The translations under genes were made by a program, and so were the position numbers. Below are positions 49,101-58,100 of a DNA stretch of 64,000 bases, piece after piece (positions within the stretch are counted from its first letter, which is position 1; each line of letters starts with the position of its first letter). This DNA is from Fimbriosthenelais zetlandica (taxonomy: Eukaryota), in assembly GCA_977030845.1 (NCBI GenBank), contig OZ365115.1:36580001-36644000 (forward strand). Direction: 5' to 3'. Under the pieces are notes generated by a model. It did not search any database. It had not been told where the DNA came from and worked only from the letters and a program-made list of their open reading frames with translations.

Positions 49101-51997
49101 CAGGCAGGCATGGCTCGAACATTCAAGATACTGACAGAATTCAAGAGCAGGTTCAAAACAAAAAGCTTAACCTGGGACAAGCTCAATCAAGCCCCCGAAT
49201 CCTGGGTCCGTTCAAGTACCCAGTGACATCTGTGTTCAGGACGGACCATGTCCCTGGACCATCACAGGCTCATGATGGTAGACCATGCCAAGATGGCCGC
49301 CAGAAGAAGACCACCCGCATACGTCCTGTACTGTATGGTCCATTCTACATGCCAGATAAGCCACCTCACGATGTGACTGGTCACTCACAACATGGCAGCC
49401 AGGGACACAGCCCGCGTATTGGTAAATACATTCTGAAAGATAAAGCAGATCAACCCCCGGGAACAAGCCGCCTCAGTCCCGTGCTTCTAGGTCCAATCCT
49501 TGCTGAAGACCTCGCCCCTGTACAATCACATGGTGGTTCACAATCACATGGTGGTTCACCACGACAACCAAGTCCCTCAACGCTGGGTAAGGTACTGGTC
49601 CGAGATAAGGTCCAGACAAAGGTGAAGGCAGATATACCAGCTGCTGAGGGGAGAGCTGGGGTCCAGTCCAATGGTGGACTGACTGGACAAGCCAGACCAA
49701 GCCCTGGGGTGAGTGGACTAAACATGGGGAGAGCTGGGGTCCAGTCCAATAGTGGACTGACTGGACAAGCCAGACCTGGTGTGAGTGGACTAAACATGGG
49801 GAGAGCTATGACCCGGGAGGTCCAAGCTCCAGATAAAACCCATGGTCATCCTAGCCAAGGTAAAGATATAAGACAGCATGTTAGAGTCCAGGAGAGGGTG
49901 TTAGGCTGTGTTCACATACAGGATAACATCTTTGGGCAAGTCATGGTGAAAGATGGCGTCATTCACATGATACAGGGGGAAGACAGCACACAGGGGGAAG
50001 AGGGCACACAGGGGGAAGAAAACACACAGGGGGAAGAAAACACACAGGGGGAAGAAAACACACAGGGAGAAGGTGACGTGAAAGAGACTGAAGACGTGGT
50101 GAGAGGTAGGACATGTATAAGAGAGGGAATGATGGGGCAAACACGTGTCAAGCAAGCTGTCATTGGACTGTCACACCTCAACAAAAGCCAACAATGTCAG
50201 AACAAGGCACAGCTAGGTCAATACCAGACCAATACCCAGCTAAGTCAAAGCCAGAACAATACCCAGCTAGGTCAATGCCAGAACAAAACCCAGCTAGGTC
50301 AATACCAGGCAAATACCCAGCTAGGTCAAAGCCAGAACAAAACCCAGCTAAGTCAAAGCCAGAACAATACCCAGCTAGGTCAATGTCAGAACAAGACACA
50401 GCTAGGTCAATACCAGGCAAATACCCAGCTAGGTCAAAGCCAGAACAAAACCCAGCTAGGTCAATACCAGAACAGAACCCAGCTAGGTCAATGCCAGAAC
50501 AAAACCCAGCTAGGTCAATACCAGGCAAATACCCAGCTAGGTCAAAGCCAGAACAAAACCCAGCTAAGTCAAAGCCAGAACAATACCCAGCTAGGTCAAT
50601 GTCAGAACAAGACACAGCTAGGTCAAAGCCAGAACAAAACCCAGCTAGGTCAATACCAGAACAGAACCCAGCTAGGTCAAAGCCAGAACAATACCCAGCT
50701 AGGTCAATACCAGAACAACACCCAGCTAGGTCAATATCAGACCAATACCCATCTAGGTCAATACCAGAACAGAAACCAGCTAGGTCAATTCCAGAACAGA
50801 ACCCAGCTAGGTCAATACCAGACCAATACCCATCTAGGTCAATACCAGAACAGAAACCAGCTAGGTCAATTCCAGAACAGAACCCAGCTAGGATACCAGA
50901 AGACCAGAAGCAGTGTCCTTGGGCAAATCATGATAAAAGCCAATGCCCTCAGAAAAGCTAAAACAGTCCAAGACCTGATCCAAAGCCGAGAACAGAGTCA
51001 GAATACTCGACCAGGAGAAAGGCAAGGCCAAGGTAGAGGTCTGACACAAGTACAGGGCCACGGCACAGGTCTGACACAAGTACAGGGCCAGGAAGCCAAG
51101 AAACCACAATCTTACATCCTCAAAATGAATTCTATGTCGAGGCAGTTTAAAAGCCAGAGTCCTAATCCAGTGCAAGAACAAACCAGAAATACACTGGTGC
51201 AAATTATACCAACACAAAGGAAGATCCCAGAGGAAGCCCAGGGCAGAAGTACCATTCTAGATGGAATCCAGGGTACTAGTACATCTCTAGAGGTAGTCCA
51301 GAGTACTGGTACATCTCTAGAGGGAGTACAGATCAGAAATACGTCTCCTGAACAAGGACAGGTTAATGACAAGGATGATCAAATAGAAAAGACCATAGTG
51401 GAACGTGTGGAACTCAAAGATGGAATATGGCATGTACGAGTCAAAGCTAAAACCCCAGATAAAAAGAAACCTGTAAGAGAAGATAAGAATGAGGGAGAGG
51501 TTAGTAAAGAAATGACAGAGAAGGCTAGAGATAGAGAGAACATGGCCAGTCAAGTACTGGACCTGACTACAGCCAAACCTCAGCTACACAGTGAAGTCCC
51601 AGACAAAGTGACAGATGACAAGAACAACATTAATGATCATAAAATCACAGTGGAAGATAAAGAGAATAACTTGGTTAATGACGAAACAACAGACCAAACT
51701 AGAGCCAAGGACCAGCAACATAATAGAAACACCCTGGATGATGCTAATAAAGAAATCACAGAAGCTACAAATATTCTAAAGAAAGGAGAGCAGAACAAAG
51801 ATGAGCAGAGCAAAGATGAGCAGACCAATGATGAGCAGAGCAAAGATGAGCAGACCAAAGATGAGCAGAGCAAAAATGAGCAGAACAGAGATGAGCAGAG
51901 CAAAAATGAGCAGAACAGAGATGAGCAGAGCAGAGATGAGCAGAACAGAGATGAGCAAGTTGACAATCCAGAATTAGTAGAGGAATGTAGAGGGTAA
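40102..51997 (+). CDS. Very large (about 2,750 aa) bHLH protein with a STRA8-like N-terminal domain and repeat-rich body. Proposed exons: 40102-40157, 41046-41241, 41489-41564, 41764-41860, 41975-42141, 42289-44342, 44618-44755, 44964-45417 (spans the gap), 45809-45853, 46640-46726, 46836-47032, 47118-47230, 47381-51997
   Basis: Every junction is GT-AG and the phases chain without stops (2,0,1,2,1,0,0,[gap]2,2,2,1,0). bHLH: KRRESDAKWRANVASCFETLKHIIP-loop-SK|AFVLQETSKHIHFLE. The exon 2 acceptor, two weak donors (46727 gttcga, 47231 gtacac) and the frame across the N-gap are less certain. It could be two genes if the gap hides a boundary. Confidence 0.7.
41046..41860 (+). CDS. bHLH domain and following conserved helix (exons 2-4 of the large gene)
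   Basis: Helix 1 (CFETLKHIIP), loop and helix 2 (SKAFVLQETSKHIHFLE) have the bHLH hydrophobic pattern and join in frame across the introns at 41242-41488 and 41565-41763. Confidence 0.88.
42289..44342 (+). CDS. 2-kb repetitive exon: TQGIPNPR x12, RGG/RG-rich block, ADRTTKLAEDRGREM repeats
   Basis: Acceptor ttttctag at 42281-42288 is in phase with the previous exon; open frame throughout; donor AAG|gtcagt at 44343. Confidence 0.75.
42381..42668 (+). repeat. Coding tandem repeat, 24 bp x12 (TQGIPNPR)
   Basis: 288 bp = 12 units, in frame. Confidence 0.97.
45048..45351. other. Assembly gap (304 N)
   Basis: Run of N in the sequence; falls inside or between coding segments of the bHLH gene. Confidence 1.
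45935..46620. repeat. Intronic minisatellite, 26-bp unit x26 (tgttgatcactgaaccta[t/c]atctata)
   Basis: Exact 26-bp period from 45935 to 46611. Confidence 0.98.
47381..51997 (+). CDS. 4.6-kb terminal exon (about 1,538 aa, low complexity, multiple tandem repeats)
   Basis: Acceptor tctgttgtag ends at 47380; phase 0 runs into the 1521-aa ORF at 47432; stop TAA at 51995-51997. The frame stays open through long non-repetitive stretches, which argues for real coding. Confidence 0.8.
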   Translation, partial: LHGGGDGCSRTIPVSETMTRKTTSPYLNWHVKGAGFTPYLPHINPAVTIHSINRSNSNGNKDSHNRCNTNMSDNSNNSNQNSNTEVTNSDVPYMRGTISPCKSKSCMRIDIKPNENKAKKPRSYILKILGPAKTKLQAQKAGPVNSVGRGKAHSILRPEYIKNRAPGVAPANGRAPGVAPAHDRTPGMAPANGRAPGVAPAPDRAPVVAQGKDTTPVIAQAEDKMGFQGKEAVTEPQPAEHMTLAPFLIQEQEAQTHTDSHGPAEVRAPAHTDSHGPAEVRAPAHTDSHGPAGVRAPAHTDSHGPAEVRAPAHTDSHGPAEVRAPAHTDSHGPAEVRAPSHTDSHGPAGVRAPAHTDSHGPAEVRAPSHTDSHGPAGVRAPSHTDSHGPAEVRAPAHTDSHGPAEVRAPAHTDSHGPAEVRAPAHTDSHGPAEVRAPAHTDSHGPAEVRAPAHTDSHGPAEVRDIRQSQQSPQILGPFIMKNNTQRQAEVNNRGGTRVSPVILGPFMVRDKTKVNNEAALGPYMVTHKSTQKSPGGNKVLIQGQAMDENVMVRHIGQVKIWPNQARPGSQDPNPGRHGSNIQDTDRIQEQVQNKKLNLGQAQSSPRILGPFKYPVTSVFRTDHVPGPSQAHDGRPCQDGRQKKTTRIRPVLYGPFYMPDKPPHDVTGHSQHGSQGHSPRIGKYILKDKADQPPGTSRLSPVLLGPILAEDLAPVQSHGGSQSHGGSPRQPSPSTLGKVLVRDKVQTKVKADIPAAEGRAGVQSNGGLTGQARPSPGVSGLNMGRAGVQSNSGLTGQARPGVSGLNMGRAMTREVQAPDKTHGHPSQGKDIRQHVRVQERVLGCVHIQDNIFGQVMVKDGVIHMIQGEDSTQGEEGTQGEENTQGEENTQGEENTQGEGDVKETEDVVRGRTCIREGMMGQTRVKQAVIGLSHLNKSQQCQNKAQLGQYQTNTQLSQSQNNTQLGQCQNKTQLGQYQANTQLGQSQNKTQLSQSQNNTQLGQCQNKTQLGQYQANTQLGQSQNKTQLGQYQNRTQLGQCQNKTQLGQYQANTQLGQSQNKTQLSQSQNNTQLGQCQNKTQLGQSQNKTQLGQYQNRTQLGQSQNNTQLGQYQNNTQLGQYQTNTHLGQYQNRNQLGQFQNRTQLGQYQTNTHLGQYQNRNQLGQFQNRTQLGYQKTRSSVLGQIMIKANALRKAKTVQDLIQSREQSQNTRPGERQGQGRGLTQVQGHGTGLTQVQGQEAKKPQSYILKMNSMSRQFKSQSPNPVQEQTRNTLVQIIPTQRKIPEEAQGRSTILDGIQGTSTSLEVVQSTGTSLEGVQIRNTSPEQGQVNDKDDQIEKTIVERVELKDGIWHVRVKAKTPDKKKPVREDKNEGEVSKEMTEKARDRENMASQVLDLTTAKPQLHSEVPDKVTDDKNNINDHKITVEDKENNLVNDETTDQTRAKDQQHNRNTLDDANKEITEATNILKKGEQNKDEQSKDEQTNDEQSKDEQTKDEQSKNEQNRDEQSKNEQNRDEQSRDEQNRDEQVDNPELVEECRG
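48149..48768 (+). repeat. Coding tandem repeat, 42 bp x ~15 (HTDSHGPA[E/G]VRAP[A/S])
   Basis: Counted in the 1521-aa ORF. Confidence 0.97.
50207..50893 (+). repeat. Coding tandem repeat, 27 bp x25 (TQLGQ[Y/S/C/F]QN[K/N/R])
   Basis: 25 units counted; GCA at 50207 plus 25x27 lands on ACC at 50882. Confidence 0.97.
51788..51958 (+). repeat. Coding tandem repeat, 15 bp x11 (EQ[N/S/T][K/R/N][D/N])
   Basis: In-frame pentapeptide repeat just before the stop codon. Confidence 0.95.
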
Positions 51998-54843
51998 AAG
52001 TGGTGTAGAAAGGAGGAGGAGAGGGGAGGAGGGGTAGAGGGCTGCACTTACCTTGACAAGTTTCTATCCAGAGAATGAGGCACATGTGGAGGGGCGGCAC
52101 CTAGTGTTAGACATGGGAACTACCAGACACAAACCATCACAAAATACCTAGATCCTGGCCCGTAAACTTGTCTTGAAATTGTGCTGTTCTCCAGGCCGGA
52201 ATAGATAGAGTTCTATACATTGTGCTGATCATGGTGGCCAAATAGATAGACGGTACTCATTACTGATGTAGACAACCAAAAATATCATGAAAGCTTAATC
52301 TATACTTGCCATGATATATCCCTGATAGAAACTAGTGCCAGGCTGGATAGAGATAATTTAATATGCCTGTATAAACTACAATCATCTTGATCAAATTTGA
52401 TTGTTTTGAATCATCGTGTAAATTAGAGGATCAACATTCATGTTCACTTGTGAAGAAATTTTCATCAGTTTTTGTATTTGAAAAATGTTTTGTTTTCGTT
52501 CAGTTGTATTTCATTAAAGTCTTGTTCATTCAAATTATCATTGATATAAATTTCTGGAAGGAATTCTAAACAAAAACATTGTGTATCCTTGAAAAAAATA
52601 TATTTTGAAGTTAATGTGTATTTGAATTACGTTACAATGTATTTTATTCATGTGTTAAATTTCATCATAATCTATCAGTAAAATGATATTCTGCGATTAC
52701 ACATTGATTTCAAGTTGGTTTAATAAAATATTGTGAAGTTTTGAAAAAATCGTTTATTCACTAGGGGCTTTTTACACACTCTATAATACTACATACTGTA
52801 TGTGAATACCACAATGTCTGACAGACATGAGGTCTGGTAATACCAGTAAGTCTTCTACACAGTTTAATGATAACTTCTCACATCATTCAGTAGTTATATT
52901 AGTAATAGCAGCACTTGGTGCCACCATATGCAACTTATCAATTTATAAACGAAATTCGAGATTCAATTTCTATTGTTTCAATGAAAAATAGAATTGAATA
53001 CATGAATATTTCGGGATTTCTTTTAGGAAATGTGTAGATTCTAGTACATGAATCTGGCCATATATGAATTTTCAAAAATTAGTATTCAAAATTCCCCCAT
53101 TCATGCAATAAATTGTATTGAATATTTTGGACATTTTGATGCTCTATCCTGAGTTTGTATGTACTAAACGCGTCCCAATAGCAAACCTTCAATAGCAGAG
53201 GCGAGAGCTGAGGCTGGCCATTTTTTTTTTAAATTAAATCCATTTAAAAATATGATAAGATTGAAACTGTTGAATAAAGTCTTTGTGACTTAATTCGGAT
53301 GCCGAATGGTGCAAGAAAAACCCATGAGACTTCCGATGGGATGATGGGACTGAGCTCACATCGAAATCATGTTAAACTTGAATGAAATTAATTATTTTGA
53401 TAAATAATATAATATGAAGAATTCTCCTGTATTAGTCAGAGAGGTACCTCCTGACTTTGGTAGATCTAAGTCAACACTTAATGTGAAGGAAAAGTTGGGA
53501 AAATAGACATTTATATCACTTACATTATCACATTGTCTTATAAATAACTCACAAAAACTCATGAAGACCAGATTATCATCATGATAATAAAGGAGGATAT
53601 ATTGCTTACGTTCTATTCGAGTTATCTTAAAAATACAGAATAAATATTAATTAAATTCTTAAATCATTAGATGATTAGTCGCTGTGACATTTTAGTAGAT
53701 ACAAGAAAAATAAATGAGTGAATGTGAAGAGACAAGTACTGTGAGTGTTGTATAAAGCTGCGAGCAGCTCGCAGAATCTGGCGCGGATAATGGCATGCAT
53801 GAAGCCTGAAACACACTAATCCGATTCTCTAATCCGTCGCCATCCGATCTCCCATTTCTAATGACATCCAATGATTGATATTTAGTTAGTGGTTAGCCTT
53901 ACCTAGGTGTAAGGGACTGTTAAAAGGACAAACATTTGGTGTGAATAGAAATAAATATTGGGACAGCTATCGGATAGAGAATCGGATGAGTGTGTTGGAG
54001 GATTCACGCACGCCAGATTCAGCGCGCTGTTTAACTCAGGCTTCAAAAGTACTCGCAGGATTATGCAACGCTACCAGTGTATGGAAGAATTCATGCGCTA
54101 TAATAGATTATAATACAGGGAGGAAAGCCACGAGAAATGAAACATCATTCTGCTACAGAATCTAAAACATTTAAAAGTGAGCGACTCAAAAATAAGAAAA
54201 ATACAAAGTGAGGACATTATATAATATCTCCTCTACTAACAACCTAACATCCAAGCATCATTTATAACATGGAATGACGCTGACTCTAGGGTAAAAATAA
54301 ATAATGGAATAAATAGCTAATAAAATAAATACGTGGGTAATAAAATAAGTAGATATTTTCCATATATTATTTGGCATTTGGATTTGGCTGGCAGGTATGA
54401 GGAGGTTGTAATACTGATGTCATAAATACTATATCCAGATCTCAATATAATATATATATATAATATATACTACAATCCAACAATAAGTATAGACCTGCTG
54501 TAATAACCAGCCTTGATGGAAATGTATCATGAAATAAATAAAGACCCTTTTATATACATTAGAAAAAAATAGGAGCAAGTAAATGCAAAAAAAATAATGT
54601 CTATAAAAGAGGCCTTGAGCAATACTAATGGCTATGCACCATGAGGAACACAATAAGTGATATGTGCACATCTATTCTACACCACAGCACGCGAAAATAT
54701 TCATGGCACTTGACTTCACGAAAAAATAAACGACATTTTGATAATAAAATGCTTAAAGCATCTGCCTACACTCAGCACTGACTATATTGTTTAGGTTGTG
54801 GGCGTGGTTGGCTCGTGATAGCACAACTGACGTCATCATGGGA

Positions 54844-55130
54844 TATTGGCCAATCAGAGTCGTTGTGACATCATAATGGGGCATATTGGCCAATCAGAGT
54901 TCCTGTGTGGGGTATATTGGCCAATCAGAATTGCTGTGACATCAAATTATGGAATATTGGCCAATCAGAGTCGCTGTGACATCAAATTATGGAATATTGG
55001 CCAATCAGAGTCGCTGTGACATCATAATAGGGGATATTGGCCAATCAGGGTTGCTGGGACGTCATATTGGGAATATTGACCAATGAGAGTCGCTGAGACG
55101 TCATATTGGGAATATTGACCAATGAGAGGT
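54844..55130. repeat. ~40-bp tandem repeat with 8 CCAAT boxes and TGAC(A/G)TCA-type sites
   Basis: CCAAT at 54850, 54890, 54921, 54961, 55001, 55041, 55080 and 55119; the first six sit in the palindrome ATTGGCCAAT. Confidence 0.95.
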
Positions 55131-55137
55131 GTTGTAT

Positions 55138-58100
55138 TCAGTCAGTGCTGCTCATGCTGTCCAGCACAGATTTGAGCATTGGACCATTGGCTTCGGTCAC
55201 ATCTGAAAGAAACAGAGTGTAATCATGTTTCTGACGCTTTCCAACCAGTAACGTTCATATAGAGTAGAGTTTAGTCTACAGCTTTAACTTCACTACCTCA
55301 ACTTCCCTTATGTGCAATTAATGAGGCAGCAAAAAATACGCGCTTACAAACTGAGGAAAATAAACTACAAAAAAAACTAAAATCAAAACACAGCACAACT
55401 CTGAGGGAGGACATCTATGGAAGATAAGGGGCGACAAACCACGCAGTAATAGTATCAAATGTTGGTAGATGGAAGGAGCTATTTCAAAAATAATAATATC
55501 AAGTTGTCAGTTTCGTCTTTGGCCATGAACATTTTCTATATTCAAATCAAAACCTGGTTTGTACATGCAAAGTCAAATGCCTACATGAAGCGAGAAAAAG
55601 GTCAAGCTTAAAACAACATCATTCTACAACATCATCCACAACATGGGTGCTAAAATGCTCAGTACAATCACAAGATAAAACCCACAATATACTATAATCA
55701 TTCTGGAAAAATACATTCACAGTCTAGATGGATAAATAAGGGAGGAATGGTGGCGTGATAAGCCCAGAATAAAGTACAAAAAAGTCTTTATTGAATACAA
55801 TTTTTATTTCGACAGGAATGTATATTTATTAGCTGAAAACATTTCTTAAAACTTTTCTTTTTTCTTTAAATTTAATACCAGAGAATTTTGGCTCGATTAT
55901 TGATTCAGGGAAACCTATGTTCATAAGGTTCCTCCAATATGTATATGATTATACAGGGAAATTATCTCATCTAGTCTTATTAAGAAAATATTTCTGTGAC
56001 CACATCAATTCCAACAGTATCCTTTTTCCTGATTTTATAGTTTCTTAACATAAATGCATAGAACATATATATACTATCATTGAGGATTGCAAATAATACT
56101 TCTATAGTTTCTTACACCAGGGCTTGTCGTTGGTCTGTAGAAATATTGTCATTTTTCAGTGAGTTTTTTATGTTGAGTAGTATTTTGTCTGACACCTCAG
56201 TATAGGCTGTAGGGAGTCTATAAAAGGGAGGCTTGTATCAGGACCAGTCCTGTCTCTATGGGGTTGCAAGCAACTTGCAAAAAGCTTGCAATTTGTTCAG
56301 TGGATGTTTGCAAGCATTCCTCCACCTTGCGAGTAGATGGAGAGAGCTTGTGAATGTCACATCAAGTTACCAAATCTTTTTAAGCGAACATTGGTCACTC
56401 GCAAGGGGACAGTTCATGAGGCCTCCTCTACTATGGTAATAAAGCATATCGCAAGCATTAGCACATAGTGGAGGAGGCCCTTAAGAGGCAGGACTAAAGG
56501 CCCTCCCTACTACAGACACCCTAGCATTAAGACCAGCAGAATCCCGCTAATACTAGAGTCAACCCTTCCATATAGTCTCATACTGACTTGACTAACCGCG
56601 CATCTCACATAACGCGTTTTATAAACTATAATATCTCACACTGCCCACCTCACAGAACTTACGCATGTTTTATAAACTATAATTATTATTATGACTCTTG
56701 GTCGACACAGACACGCATCATCACAGTCATATTATAAGCTTAAACCACGTGATCTAAATACGAGCCGAGGGTGCCCAGTCTCCCTATCAGGTATTATGCG
56801 CTCTTATGCCGGGCCCACACAGAGGCGATTTACCCAAACGATGCAGAGCGATGGTATATTTCTACCCAATGCTTGAAACTTTGACAGATCTTTAAGCCGA
56901 GCTAAGGCTAATCAAGAATGTTATAATCACTTTACCAGACGTTATGCGGCCTTACGGCAGGTAACAGAATGAGAAGCCTCGGGTCGTAAGTAGATTACGT
57001 GCTTACATGTGAACTACACCTCCCGCGTCTAATACATGAAGCTAGAACTGATCCTAATAATGGATCCACTAACTTTATAATGACACACTATTAAGTCACA
57101 CACAGACAGAGGCGTGCCAGCGCAAACACGTTGAAAAGAACCCAAGAAGAACCCCAAAATTGTCAGGCCTGAAGTCCTAGAATTTCAAAGAATAGCAAAT
57201 AAATTAGATATTTAGCACTTACTTAAGTTTTGTAAATTTCACATATGCACATTTATGCCTCTGTCTGCGCTTACAAATACACAAAAAAACAAATTATGCG
57301 CAAATGACTAAAAGTTTCAATACAAATTGAGTGTTTTCTTCACTAGTAGGTTCTATAAACATTCTTGGGGTGAAAAAGGATATTAACAAACAATTACTTT
57401 CCATCTCTATATTTTAGGTTTTGATCCCAATTTATACTTTAGAGCACCAAATAGTGGCAATAACAAAATCAGACATCCCAGATAAGTCACAGAAAGGACC
57501 AAAATAAAACTTGGATTTGGATAAAATAAACTGAGTAATCCAGAAGTCAGGGAGGATGAAATTAAACTGTCATGGCAAATGACAAATACCCGTCACTATA
57601 CGATAATATAAATTATAAATGCGAGTTGTGCGCAATGAAAAGATGGTTAGATAACTTGTAGTATGTTCACACCTGACTGGTAAGCCTCTATATAATTACT
57701 TATACAAGTAAAAGACACTCATATTGCAAACTGGTAGGTTGAAGTAGTTTATCAACAGTATACCCGCCTAGCATCACAGAAGCGTAGATTATAGAATATA
57801 TCCCATCATAGTCATCAAGTCATCACAAACTGCTTAATACCACAACGGCCCAATCTGACTACATATCCCCCAATAATTAGGCCTAAACGACATTAAACTA
57901 ATTCTACAAAGGTTTTCATCAAGGGACACTGTTGTGGTTTCTACTTTATGCTAAATGTTGCATGTCAGTTTTTTTTTCAAGCCCAATGAATGTCGCCCTT
58001 GATTTTAGGGGCATATCGCGGTCGCTTGTGTCGAATCTAAAGCCCGTACCCCACTGCTGCGATTTTGTTTGCGACACTATTGCGACAAAGGTGATGTCTG

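Noticed and set aside
42285-51958. Long alternative-frame and antisense ORFs over the coding repeats (e.g. 43061-44233, 47846-48841, 48061-48831, 50113-50961)
   Set aside because: Stop-free only because the repeat unit lacks stops in those frames; they close outside the repeats and have no splice support.
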